DNA from: Iphione sp. A-MEVVRFRX5
Taxonomy: Eukaryota
DNA: 64,000 nt
Reading direction: 5' to 3'
Assembly (NCBI GenBank): GCA_976226885.1
Contig: OZ320320.1
Location: 84,940,001-85,004,000 of the forward strand
The translations under genes were made by a program, and so were the position numbers. This document shows positions 22,122 to 34,849 of the stretch, in pieces (within the stretch, counting starts at the first letter, position 1; each line of letters begins with the position of its first letter). Under the pieces are notes generated by a model that searched no databases, was not told the origin of the DNA, and was given only the letters and a program-made list of their open reading frames with translations.

Positions 22122-22204
22122 AGCAGAGTGACAAGCTGACACGTTTCATGGTGTTTCATGACACCAGTGATGTGCATACATTGAAATGAGCTGAACGCTG
22201 AACA

Positions 22205-22340
22205 TTGAAGTAACGGGTAGTGCCGACTTCATTTTCACCAAATTGTGACATTGTCCAAATTTTAAGCCATTTGATTGGTCTATTCCAATTATGACATCAT
22301 AATTGGGTAAAAATAATGTCGGCAGTACCCGTTACTTCAA
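22205..22340. mobile_element. Small foldback/MITE-like element
   Basis: 23-bp inverted ends with 22/23 match (ttgaagtaacgggtagtgccgac / gtcggcagtacccgttacttcaa); no clear TSD. Confidence 0.6.
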
Positions 22341-23464
22341 CCGCTGGCAAAGGATTCATTGAACTTTAGGCTATGAATGTGCTTTGTAACAGAACAGATA
22401 TATAAATACAACTAGATGATGTTTTCATTTGATAACATAGAAACAGTGTTAAGTGGAACTGTAGATATTATGCTTGTCCCCATTGTACCGGTCCTTAAGT
22501 ACCCCTGTGTCCCCTATAAAAGTTGTAACGCTAGTCTGGTAGAGAATATACCAATGGTTCATCTTGCATAGATGAATAAAGAATAACCACAAAAAATATC
22601 TGCTTCAATCAAAAAATAAAACATCAAGGTGTGTGGTTGTTTGTTTATTCAACGCCTGATCCTGCTTTACATACAGTCGGAGGCTTGAGGGCCTTCTTAA
22701 TAATGTTATGTTATTTTTCAATTGCAACTATACATAGGTTGGTCTGGGAGAATTCCATCTCGAAACCAGATCCCACAGCGTCAAGGCATTAGACACTGAA
22801 GACAGGTACGATTCCTTTATGTTAAGGAGTTGCTTATAAACAAAAGGTGCAGAATTGTAGTATACAATTTCTAAGATAATAATAAAGAACTCAAGTAATT
22901 CCAATTCTAGCTCTCAAACTGGAACAGAGATACAACTATTCAGATCCCCCTGCTGTACAACCTTCAAAGAGAAATTCTGTTCATATGAATATATATATAA
23001 ATATATATATATATAACAGCGGGGTGCATAGGGCACAGGTGTGTTACAAATGTTTCAGACGTCAAAGTTAATAGTTCGGCAGATATAAAAAGGAGGCCAG
23101 GCATCGAACCGTGTCGACACAAGGATATGAAATAACTGGTAACGTCCTCTCGTATTCCAGCTGAGTAGAGAAGGTAATTGCGCTGGGTCCGCGCCGCCAT
23201 TATCTTCTTGCTATCCTTACAGATCAAACTTCCCCTTTTACAGGTCCCCGGGGCGTCGAGCACCAGCAGGCGGAATACGCTAAAGAAGAGCCATATTTTT
23301 TATTGTGCGGTTACCACTTCCCCCGACACTAATACCTTCAAGCAAAGCGAAACCAATTCAGTACGCGAAGCTTTTGAAAAATAACCAGCAAACCGAAAAA
23401 AACATAAGAAGGACCTTTTTAAATGCTGATTTCAACAGTCATCACCATCTGCAAGAGATAAAGG

Positions 23465-23491
23465 TGACGTCAGCCGAATAGGGTCACGTGG
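23465..23491. promoter_or_regulatory. Candidate promoter motifs (CRE TGACGTCA and E-box GTCACGTG) in a CpG-rich patch
   Basis: TGACGTCA at 23465-23472 and GTCACGTG at 23483-23490; the associated gene was not identified. Confidence 0.3.
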
Positions 23492-23749
23492 CCGGTCTTT
23501 CCCAGTGTATCTAGGAGACGGGTTACAAGAGACGAGTCCAGAATAAAAAACATACGATCTGTGTTAAAAACTGGGGGCAATAAAATATGTATGAGCGATT
23601 TTTCCAATGAAATGGGCTGTGAATAGGATAGAAAAGACCACCAAATACTTGAGAGTGTCTGGTAACAAAGCTCAATTCGAGACTCAAATCCATTTCCGCA
23701 GTTTTGGTCCGTATTTTTGAGACATATTACAGGTCCAAGGTCAACATCT

Positions 23750-25460
23750 ACTGTGAGTGACCACCAGTGTTGGTATCCTAGTGTCAGTATTGCTGTGAGT
23801 AGACCACCAGTGTTGGTATCCTGGTGTCGGTATTACTGTGAGTGACCACCAGTTGTAGTGCCCCGGTGTAAGTATTACTGTGAGCAGACCACCAGTGGTG
23901 GTATCCTGGTGTCAGTATTACTGCGAGCAGACCACCAGTGTTGGTATCCTGGTGTCAGTATTACTGTGAGTGACCACCAGTGTTGGTATCCTGATGATGG
24001 TATTACTGTGAGTGACCACCAGTGTTGGTATCCTGGTATCAGTATTCCTGTGAGTGACCACCAGTGTTGGTATCCTGGTGTCAGTATTGGTGTGAGTGAC
24101 CACCAGTGTTGGTATCCTGGTGTCGGTATTACTGTGAGTGACCACCAGTGTTGGTATCCTGGTGTCAGTATTGGTGTGAGCAGACCACCAGTGTTGATAT
24201 CCTAGTGTCAGTATTGCTGTGAGTAGACCACCAGTGTTGGTATCCTGGTGTCGGTATTACTGTGAGTGGCCACCAGTTGTAGTGCCCCGGTGTAAGTATT
24301 ACTGTGAGCAGACCACCAGTGGTGGTATCCTGGTGTCAGTATTACTGCGAGCAGACCACCAGTGTTGGTATCCTGGTGTCAGTATTACTGTGAGTGACCA
24401 CCAGTGTTGGTATCCTGATGATGGTATTACTGTGAGTGACCACCAGTGTTGGTATCCTGGTATCAGTATTACTGTGAGTGACCACCAGTGTTGGTATCCT
24501 GGTGTCAGTATTGGTGTGAGTGACCACCAGTGTTGGTATCCTGGTGTCGGTATTACTGTGAGTGACCACCAGTGTTGGTATCCTGGTGTCAGTATTGGTG
24601 TGAGCAGACCACCAGTGTTGATATTCTGGTGTCGGTATTACTGTGAGTGACCACCAGTGTTGGTATTCTGGTGTCAGTATAACTGTGAGTGACCACCAGT
24701 TGTAGTGCCCCGGTGTTGGTATTACTGTGAGCAGACCACCAGTGTTGGTATCCTGGTGTTGGTATTACTGTGAGTGACCACCAGTGTTGGTATCCTGGTG
24801 TTGGTATTACTGTGCATACCCGTAGCCAACGGGGTATCAGGGGTATCGGACGATACCCCTCAGAGCAATAAATATTTATTGGACTTTATGGGAATTGAAA
24901 AAAAAATAGTTCCACCCCTGTGGTATCAGGGGTATCGTCCGATACCCCACACAAAACGTCCTGGCTATGGGCCTGCTGTGAGTGACCACCAGTGTTGGTA
25001 TCCTGGTGTCGGTATTACATTGAGTGACCATCAGTGTTGGTATCCTGGTGTCGGTATTACTGTGAGTGACCACCAGTGTTGGTATCCTGGTGTCAGTATT
25101 GATGTGAGCAGACCACCAGTGTTGGTATCCCGGTGTCAGTATTACTGTGAGCAGACCACCAGTGTTGGTATCCTGGTGTCGGTATTACTGTGAGTGGCCA
25201 CCAGTCATAGTGCCCCGGTGTCAGTATTACTGTGAGTGACCACCAGTGTTGGTATCCTGGTGTTGGTATTACTGTGAGCAGACCACCAGTGTTGATATTC
25301 TGGTGTCGGTATAACTGTGAGTGACCACCAGTGTTGGTATCCTGGTGTTGGTATTACTGTGAGCAGACCACCAGTGTTGATATTCTGGTGTCGGTATAAC
25401 TGTGAGTGACCACCAGTGTTGGTATCCTGGTGTTGGTATTACTGTGAACAGACCACCAGT
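23750..25460 (+). repeat. 42/43-bp minisatellite with a 424-bp higher-order duplication
   Basis: Unit ctgtgagtgaccaccagtgttggtatcctggtgtcagtatta; variant pattern recurs at offset 424. Confidence 0.95.
24815..24975. mobile_element. CAGG...CCTG MITE inserted in the minisatellite
   Basis: Ends CATACCCGTAGCC / GGCTATGGGCCTG; 5-bp duplication ctgtg. Confidence 0.8.
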
Positions 25461-25526
25461 ACCCTACCCGGTTGGTATTAATTTGATCTTCTTTACACAA
25501 AAGTTAGATACATCATTAAATGTCAT

Positions 25527-26190
25527 GAGAGCTACATGTGGCACTGTCTGCTCCTACCCTAGAGTGACGTGTGGCACTGTCTGCTCCTACACTAGAGCTA
25601 CATGTGGTGCTATCTACTCCTACCCGAGAGTGACGTGTGGTGCCGTCTACTCCTACCCTAGAGGGACATGTGGTGCTATCTCCTCCTACCCTAGAGCTAC
25701 ATGTGGTGCCGTCTACTCCTACCCTAGAGCGACGTGTGGTGCCCTCTACTCCTACCCTAGAGCGACGTGTGGTGCTATCTACTCCTACCCTAGAGCTACA
25801 TGTGGTGCCCTCTACTCCTACCCTAGAGCGACATGTGGTGCCGTCTACTCCTACCCTAGAGCTACGTGTGGTGCTATCTACTCCTACCCTAGAGCTACAT
25901 GTGGTGCTATCTCCTCCTACCCTAGAGCTACATGTGGTGCTATCTCCTCCTACCCTAGAGCTACATGTGGTGCTATCTCCTCTTACCCTAGAGCGACGTG
26001 TGGTGCTGTCTACTCCTACCCTAGAGTGACGTTTGGTGCTATCTCCTCCTACCCTAGAGCTACATGTGGTGCTATCTCCTCCTACCCTAGAGCGACATGC
26101 AGTGCTGTCTACTCCTACCCTAGAGTGACGTGTGGTGCTATCTCCTCCTACACTAGAGCTACATGTGGTGCTATCTCCTCCTACCGTAGA
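25527..26190 (+). repeat. 33-bp minisatellite, ~20 copies
   Basis: Unit tagagctacatgtggtgctatctcctcctaccc. Confidence 0.95.
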
Positions 26191-26323
26191 GGTACCATCT
26201 GATGTTGTTTCCTCCAGGTCCCCCTGGACATTTAACCGTGTGGCTGTGCGAATGAAACACACCTTGGGAGGAAAAGGCCCGGAGACTGCTCCCCGTCAAG
26301 GGACTTAAATTACCATTGCACGC

Positions 26324-26336
26324 CCACTAGATGGTA
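26324..26336 (+). promoter_or_regulatory. CTCF-like motif
   Basis: CCACTAGATGGTA versus consensus CCACYAGRKGGCR. Confidence 0.3.
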
Positions 26337-26438
26337 ACCATTAACTTTATATATGGAATATGTTCACATGAAGGTGTACATACTATTTATACTTCCTTAT
26401 ACTGTATAATATTCATACTTGCCGTGTAGGTTATAAGA

Positions 26439-26511
26439 GCCCGGTTAGCTCAGTCGGTAGAGCATCAGACTTTTAATCTGAGGGTCGCGGGTTCGAGTCC
26501 CTCATCGGGCG
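26439..26511 (+). tRNA. trnK: tRNA-Lys (anticodon TTT)
   Basis: 73-nt cloverleaf: acceptor GCCCGGT/ATCGGGC, anticodon arm TCAGA-CTTTTAA-TCTGA, A and B boxes, TTTT terminator at 26519-26522. One C50:U64 T-stem mismatch. Confidence 0.92.
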
Positions 26512-27095
26512 CTTAAACTTTTCACACTTGGAAGAAACAGCAGGCCCATAATTTAATAAATTTGGAGGAGCATATAATAGAAAATTCACTCAAGTCGAAC
26601 GCACAATGTAAAACCCGACGGAGTGCACGGAGGAAGAAAGGCCACGTGAGAAAATGAAGGAAACCGGGGGGAAAATTAAAAAATGAAAAGGAGCGAAGGA
26701 GGAAGTAAATTTGACTCCTTGTTCAGTTGAGATTTGCAAGGAGTTCAAAATAACCAGGTACCATGTGGCCCAGGGTATGTCATACGTGGCTGGATCTGTA
26801 GGTGAAATACTATTGTGTTGTGCTGCGGGTGAGTAGTATAAGAGTTACCTGGGGTGGAGGGGTGGAGGGGAGCGTTATTGCTTTTTAAAAATTCACCACG
26901 AAGTTATTGTTATTTGCGCTAAGCGCCCTGCAACAATTAGTGGTGGTGCGCTTCCAAAGAATCAATTCTTGGTGAGGTGTTATCTACTGGGTCTATAAGT
27001 TTGGTCAAGCATCGTGAGTGATCTGAAACCTTGGTGAACTGTTACTGGGTTTGCCTGACCCCTCATCTGTAAGAACTGACTCATTAGCCTTCCAT

Positions 27096-27196
27096 GCCTT
27101 GCCTACCACACCTTGCCTACCACACCTTGCCTACCACACCTTGCCTACCTCACCTTGCCTACCTCACCTTGCCTGCCATGCTCTGCCTACCACACT
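27096..27196 (+). repeat. 14-bp minisatellite (ccttgcctaccaca)
   Basis: Direct read. Confidence 0.9.
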
Positions 27197-27811
27197 TGCT
27201 GATTGGTCATCTTTCAGACCTCCACCTTGTAGTACCTTTCTGCTTTTGTGAGTACCTTACTGTTTTTGCGGGTAATGGAAATACCCGTGTCTGAAACCAC
27301 TCTCTGAGAGATTTAATTTGGACGCCTGTGCAACAAAATTTCCTCTGCATGCCATTCTTTGTTGGGACCGGCTCTCTAACCAGCCCTCCTTCGAAGCAGT
27401 CTCATTTCCTCTCGGTTATCTTCAGGGTACCACAGGGGGGTACAGTTGAAAGTATCTCATTTGGTCGTAATGTTGAGATGTGCACGTGTTTTATATCCCA
27501 GACCAAGGCTAGAAACGAAACGTCCTCATGAAGTCAACCGCGCAGGCTCGCTGTCGTCTCGCTGCTTGTGAAAGAGGACCTCCGGGTAAGATGCTAATTT
27601 CCCATACTTGGAGAATAGAAAAAAAACTAGCTAACGGGAAAACTGATTGATTAGAAGATATTCACAATTGTTAAAAAAAGGAATCGTCGTATTCATGGCT
27701 TGTTGACTTATTATTTTAGGGGAGCCCATAATCTACGAGGCGTCCATCTTGGTTAGCGTACCTCGCAGCTACAGTGCCTCCCCCTCGTGACCGCTGGCTT
27801 GTACTGTACGC

Positions 27812-27845
27812 GTCACGTGGCCCTGAACGAACTATCAGCACGTGA
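27812..27845. promoter_or_regulatory. Paired CACGTG E-boxes in a CpG-rich patch
   Basis: GTCACGTGG at 27812-27820 and GCACGTGA at 27838-27845; donor-like CGG|GTAAGA near 27587. Confidence 0.25.
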
Positions 27846-28619
27846 TCACGACTCCGCGTGAACTTGAACGCCATGTTGTCAAGTTCAGGAAGTTTAGATG
27901 TGGACGGACATTGGGGCGCGATGTATTGTACGGTGTAGACAGGGGGAGTCAGCAAGGCTGGGCAACCTGTCGCATTGGGCAAAAAAAAGACAGAGACATT
28001 AATGAATGCGACAACCCTCTTTCATTGTTCACTGGTTTAGTGCTGAACTAACTGTATTTTTGTGACAGAGAAGTTAAAACATGCGACAACTTTTCTTTGG
28101 GTGCCCAGCTCTGATCAAGGGGTACCCAATAACGCTTCACCAAGAATTCATTTCTTGATCTTCAATCACCAGAAAATGCTGAATAATGCTTCACCATCTT
28201 TTTTTCAATGTTAAGTCACATTCAAAGCAATTTAATGTGTATGGGAATATCACTTCGTCTGCTTAGACTTTAATGGACCCAGTATCAACTGAAAGTCAAG
28301 GCCTGACGGCAGACAATTCACCCATCGCTTTTGCCCAGATAGCTCCTCCTACCAAGAAGGGTCACTGACATGTGCTTCCAGCATAGACAAGCTGCAGTCT
28401 CTCTAGGCCTTTTCAATGCTAAAATATTCAACTTTACTGCATATGACTTAGAATCTATTTGATGGAAAAATACAAAAGGTTCTGTGAACCATTGTTTATA
28501 TGTCTTATTATAGCTGCAATATGACCACAGGAATTTAACCTTCCCATAGACTCCTATGCTGAACAGCTTTTTTTGTCTATGGTGGGAATTCCTATACTTT
28601 CTGGGTGCTGGACTGGATG

Positions 28620-28985
28620 CTATGACTGGGTGCCATGATTTTGTACCATGACTGGGTGCCATGGCTGGGTACTGGGTACTATGACTGGGTGTTATGACTG
28701 GGTGCTATGACTGGGTGCTATGATGGGGTGTTATGACTGGGTGCTATGACTGGATGCCATGGCTGGGTACTGGGTACTATGACTGCATGGTATGACTGGG
28801 TGGCATGACTGGGTGGTATGACTGGGTGCTATGACTCGGTGCCATGACTTGGTGCTATGACTGGGTGCTGTGAATGGGTAGCATGATGGGGTGGTATGAC
28901 TTGGTGACGTGACTGGGTGCTATGACTGGCTGCCATGGCTGGGTTCTATGACTGGGTGCCGTGACACAGTATCATGACTGGGCAC
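28620..28985 (+). repeat. 13-bp minisatellite (atgactgggtgct)
   Basis: Direct read; degenerate array. Confidence 0.9.
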
Positions 28986-29599
28986 TAGGGCTGTTGTATG
29001 TATCCTTTACAATATTCATTTTTTTTAAGACAACATTGTGCCTGATGAGATGGATTTCAAAACCAGGAGAAACCTCTGTGGCCCCCAGCTGTTATTACTA
29101 AATTAACAACCAATGAAAGCATGCCATTGCTCTTCATGCTGAACTGATTGCCAAGCAACAGACTATACACAGCTATTTAACAGCTGGCAGGCTAGGTAGG
29201 CCCCACAGAACCTGGTAGCACTGCATTGGGGAAAGACTTGCCTCGTTTTTCTACCTTTATAATATTCATGTATATAACTATACATACAGGTAGAGGTATA
29301 TAACACGGAGGTCAATGACCGCCTGATGGGGTCTTGTTCGCCTCTTTCTGGACTGAGAAGGGTGTATATATTCACCTTCCTGGCAGTCTATACCCTATCA
29401 ATGTAGTTGGTAGTAGCGAGACTGTGTATGTATACATGTATAATGGACCCATCAACGGCTGATGGGAGTCCTTCATAAAGTGCGGTCAGAACCAAGCACC
29501 CTCGACACTTGAGTCACAAGCCGGCATGTATCCTGCCTTCAAAGTCCCGTCTTTCCACAGCTCTACTTTCATCAATCTTCAGTAGAAACTGTTCAAAAG

Positions 29600-29850
29600 T
29601 TTGACAGAACGATCCTTATTACCTTAGCTACGCATCGCTAATCGTGGGTCCGTTTGTTGTGGGCCAAGTAAGACAATACTATCTCCCTTCTGACTGCCTT
29701 TTTCTAGTGCGGGTCACATCAACCAGCCCCAGGCCCGAGGCAGCCTTGAAGAAGACGACTAACTCTCTCCATCTCTATCTGGAAGGGAGGAGTTGCCCTG
29801 AGGTAGCCATGAGTAGGAAGCTGGGTAGCTGCGTGATGTACGACACACTA
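29600..29850 (-). pseudogene. Degraded LINE ORF2 C-terminal remnant
   Basis: Minus-strand translation LLPSR*RWRELVVFFKAASGL resembles the LLPL..R.E..DL.FFK..GL segment of CR1/L2 ORF2; contains stops. Confidence 0.35.
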
Positions 29851-32809
29851 TAGACAAGCTTTAGGAGTGATCTGATATATACACACACCTGACAACCGTT
29901 TACCCTACACAGACCTGTGGTGTCTGGGACAGACTTATCACAAACAGTGAAATTGTTAATGCCATACTTTGTATGTCAACGCCTACTGTATCAGTCATAT
30001 AAAACAGGTTTACTAGTTGTTAGGAGTGATCTAATATCTATGCACATCTTAAAACCGTTTAGCCTTGACAGATCCGTAGCATCTTGGATACACTTATTCC
30101 AACCAACGACTTTCTTAATGTCATAGTTTGGGTGGCAACGCCTACTTTATCTGTCCTATAAAACATGTTTACTAATTGTTACCTCAAGGCTTCCTTCTTT
30201 TGTCTGACAGAAATCAGTACTATCTTTAGAATTTATTTGCTCAACACCAACTGATTATACAGTAGAAAAGAGTTTAATGCTAGCACTTGGAACATTAAAA
30301 TCTTATCATGAACTTTTACATCGTAAACTGTCATGGATAAGTCCACAGTATAAAGGATATAACACAAAAAACAGTGAGAGGTCTATCAGGAAAGCCCAAC
30401 GGAATGCCTCCAGGAACTCCACAAGACTCAGAGGTCATAGGGATCGGCTGTTTATCAACATGGACCTACATCTATATCTAATGCTTTAAGTTACAAGCCT
30501 TCCAACGATTCAAACATGACCCTTAGCTGAGTGGCCAGAAGCTGTCTCTCCCTTGGAAATGTAAAACCATTTAAGTTACAGAAAGGAAAACACGGACATG
30601 TATATTTATGTCAACATTATGACTGGGTAGGCAACCTTTCAAGTTACGTTAGGGATTACTGCAACTAACACTTAAGCACAAATAAAGTTGGACACTTTCC
30701 AGGCCAAAAGGTAGGTAATGGGCCAATTGGGGATGTCCTTAGACATTATCTTTATGAACTTGTTCTGTACAGTCAGGTCAGGTTTGTCAGAATGCTAGTC
30801 TCATCACCTTGTTAGCCATATTAATTCTTTTCCGAAACTAACGACTGCATGCTGATTTTTTTCTCGTTTCTCGCTTCGGTTTTTTTTAAATGCCTGGATA
30901 TTCCGGTAGATTATATCTAAAGCGGGATTTCACCTAGCACAAACAAGTCACACCGTCTAAACTTCAAGTTGCATTACTGTGCGACGTCGGACAAGATGAG
31001 AGCATGCTTCTAGATTTTAGTGTCAAAGACAACCGAAGGGTGCTTTTCCTGGTGCTCCCGGGAACCTAGACAGAAAGGGGAGCTAACTGCATACTTCCTT
31101 ACCCCTTCTCGTCCGTTCTGTCTGGGTATACCCCTTGCTTACACTGGTTCTAAACCCCGTTCCCAGTACAGGTGCACAGGATAATGTGATAGAAGATGAG
31201 ACCATGCTGCTAGAGTCAGCTGTATCAGACAGCCATAGATTTCTTTAGCCACCCAGAACCTCAGAAGTAAGAAATAACTGCGTGTTTCCTTTACCTCCCC
31301 CCCCCCGCCCGTTCTTCTGTCTGGATATATCCCTTGTTTACACTGGTTCTAAAACACATTCTCAATATAGAGGCACAAGATACAGGAGACTACGCTGTAT
31401 CGAAGTACCATCCTTTTAAGATTACATCTCGTCACTCTTATCTTTACCCTTTCAAATATTTGTTTATGTGGAATGTCGTATGGCGGAATGTCGGCGGCCT
31501 TTGATCCCAGTAAAACTATCCCACCCACGGAGCGGAGGTAAGACACTTACACTTAAATATCAGCCCTTTATGACGTCATAGAGTCGTCTGCAGGTCATAA
31601 ACAGAGCTTAATTTGATGTCGACGTCATTCCATGTATAGCGAAACTTTCTCTTTCTCGCTTTTTTTCCCTGCTCCTTTAATACGAGTATTTTATGCGGCG
31701 TCTGTTGCTTCTTCAGCGTCCATTACATGTTCACTCAGCCTCACTTCCGGCCAATCTACGTTCATTTCTCCTGAACCGTGTTTGTATGATGTATTAATGA
31801 CATCACATTAAGGATATCATGCTGTGAATTAAACCCCCTCCCCCCCTCCCCCCATTAAAACTCGCAGTGATTATCGGTATCATTATAACGGCAATTATGA
31901 ACCTCTGTCGGTGTGTGTATTTGATACGAGTGCTCGTGCCTCTCAAGTAAACGTATATTTATGAGATTCATTTCAGATAATGGAAATAGCGGGGTACGTT
32001 TCAAACAATGTAGCCCCCCTCCGTAACAAAATGAATGAAAAGTAATTATTTCAAGGAAGAGCTGATGTCGTATATTATGGTTAAAACAGCGAAGATTTGC
32101 ACCCTTTCCTGAATGACAGCAATACCGTCTTTGCTGTGATGAAGTGAGGTTACATCTTCTATGGTAGGTAATGCATTACGACTAAAGTTTAGGGATTATC
32201 TTAATTTCAACCTTCCTTTCTTTGGTGAGCATGAAAATTGGCCAGCATCATTTACTACACGCAGGAAATGAGTGTCAAGTTAAGACTCCCAGTTGTTAAC
32301 TTGATTTTGCGGGAAGTGCTAAAATTAATATTTTTTTTTACAAGAAAGTGATCTTCTTCGGAAAGATGGCCTCTTCTCTTATAAGAACCATTACAAGTTA
32401 CCTTTAAATTTATAGTCCAAAAACCAACAATAGTAACCATATGTAAATGAGCATGGCGAACAAGCAACTTTAGAGTTGAGTCAAAATTGTGTGTTGAGTT
32501 TTGTGTTGGTCTTTGGACAGATTTTATACTGAACTGCGGCATGAAATAATGGTCTTATTATTAGTCTGTCTTATAATGGTCTTATAATTTAGTCTGTCAA
32601 TATACTTCTGCAAAAATGGTCCTTTATTAAAGCGTCTATAAATGACTGAGCCGCCCGATCACCCAAACTGATGCACCAAAATGATCAGCTACCGAGCGGT
32701 TGCTGCAGTTGGCTCGTGGGTAGAAGAGCAATGTTGTGCAAGTGTCGAAGGTGCTTGTCTGTGTGTAAATGTAGTCGTGTCAACTGGAGCAGAGGCCTAG
32801 ACAAAGACT

Positions 32810-34435
32810 CAAAGAGAGATTCAAAGATTCTAAAATGATTAATTCTCAGGCGTTTTTAATAGTACAGATCAAGTGAGTTCACATAACATGTTTGTCATAA
32901 ATAAAAATGAGTTCTTGATTGATAATGAAGATAACATTAATGAGTTTTGTAGCAAATAACATTGTATTAAAAAATAGAATAGATTGATTATTCAAATTTG
33001 ACCATTGTTGGTACTCTGACAGTTACTTTGAACTCATTTTTGTTTATGATGCTTCTCTACATTACATCAAGCTCATTCTAATAGTGCATGCAGTTGTAGT
33101 AGACTGATTTACATTTTTTTTCATTTCGAGGTATCATTAACTGGATTTCAGGACCCTCGAAGTTTCTTGTGTTAAGACCTTCCCTTAGGGGAGTAATAGG
33201 TTTGAGAACATACTGTGTGCTAGACATACTTGAAAGTAGTACCTTCTCTTAGCTACTGAGTCAAAGTTGTATTTAATGTGCAGATCCTTACTGGCCCAGA
33301 TCTTAAGAAGTCTAGAGGATTTCTTTTCAATTATGGCCAGCATTCTGTTTTGTAACCTTTGTAGCTTATTCAGGTTTGCCTTGGAATTTGGTGTTATGAA
33401 AGTAGTCGAATAGTCCAAATGTCGTCTGATGTAGGCCTTGAAGAGTATAATTATATCCCTCCAATTAAAGAATGTTTTAATTTTGTTCAACGAAGCTAGC
33501 TTGTTCAGCTGCTTTCTGTGAAAATCATTAAGCTCTGCATCAAACTTGAGCCTATTGTCAAAAGGGATTCCCAAATACTTGTAGTGAGTCACATATTCAA
33601 TTTCCCTACCATCAATCAATGGGGGTTTTAGTGGTTAAGGTAATTCGACCTCTGTAGGAGCAATGTACATTACCTTAGTTTTGTTAGTATTTAACATTAT
33701 TAAATTCGACTTACACCAGGTATTGAACTCTGTGCAGACAATCTGTGTCTTTAGTTATAGGTCATCCCCCACCACAATAGCTAAGGTGTCATCAGCAAAT
33801 AGAACAGTTTCTTGTGACAATTTACCCACCACATCGTTGATGAAGAAGGAAAAGAGGAGGGGACCCAGGGTAGAACCTTGAGGTACCCCCTGAAGGGTCC
33901 TAGTTGACACGGAGCATTTTCCATTGACAGTGCAATATTGGGTTCTATCTTGTAGATAGTTTCGAAACAGCTCAAGGGTCATAGGGTGAACTGAGTAGAT
34001 ATCTTTTAATTTTTTATTAATACATTTCTATTAACCATATCAAAAACCTTTTTAGGTCCAAAAAGACTAGATTTAGTTGTTTTCTAGAGTTGTGGAATTC
34101 GTATATTTTAAATAGAACGTAGCAAAGTGCCTCTCTCGTGCCCTTGTTTTGTCTAAAGCCGAATTGTTTCGGGCTTAGTAAGCTGTGTTGCTCCAGGTGC
34201 ATCTGCAGTTGATCAAACATTAATTTTTCCAGAATTTTACATGGATGTTTTAGTATTGAAATCGGACAGTAGTTATCTAGGCATGCCTTATTTCCTGATT
34301 TATGGATAGGTTTGACCCTTGCTATTTTCCAGTCATGTGGTATGCTACTCATTTGGACAATGCTGTTAAATAGTTCAGTAAACTGTGGTAGAGACATACA
34401 CAATAAACTTTGAAGTATACCTGGTACTTACTAAG
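32810..34435 (-). mobile_element. 5'-truncated, decayed CR1/L2-like LINE
   Basis: RT fragments in several frames: NYCPISIL, QFGFRQNKGTREA, GVPQGSTLGPLLF, LFADDT, YKYLGIPFD; GAATCT-type tail near 32815-32835. Confidence 0.9.
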
Positions 34436-34493
34436 GAGATATTAGATTCTTGTCAGACTTCATTATGATCCTAGCCATAACATGGTGATGGGG

Positions 34494-34849
34494 TGTGGAG
34501 ATAGCTCAGTGGTAGAGCACTGGTCCACTGACTGAGAGGTTGCAGGTTCAATCCCCGGCCTGGGACTCTTGATCAAGCCCAGACAGATTTACTGTAGCCC
34601 CAACCCAGAATGGTCCACAACTTCATAAAAAGGCCGTGGATGTATAGGATTCTGTCCCCTATGCACAAAAAGACCTCAGAAACCTATTCAAAATAAGAGT
34701 AAGGGGTAACCCCAGATATTCTGGTCTCTCAGTTCTCAACAATAGATGGTAGTATGCTACCCCGGGAGGATATGGAAGATCCCTGTCATATGATAGGTGA
34801 ATATATTCCTGGTAAAAGATACAATGAAATGAAATGAAAAATGAAAACC
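34494..34849 (+). mobile_element. tRNA-derived SINE, copy 3 (full length)
   Basis: A box TAGCTCAGTGG, B box GGTTCAATCC, body shared with other copies, tail tgaaatgaaatgaaaaatgaaa. Confidence 0.9.

Noticed and set aside
23750-26190. Regular repeat arrays as CRISPR loci (also 7408-7866, 10023-10274, 62366-62857)
   Set aside because: Units are head-to-tail with no unique spacers, there are no cas genes, and the context is eukaryotic
25402-26262. Long ORFs on both strands (YPRATCGAISS / STTCSSRVGGD repeats)
   Set aside because: They arise from a 33-bp unit lacking stops in several frames; no non-repetitive coding context
34494-34570. SINE heads as functional tRNA genes (also 5050-5123, 41212-41298)
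   Set aside because: No proper acceptor or anticodon stems; they continue into a shared repeat body
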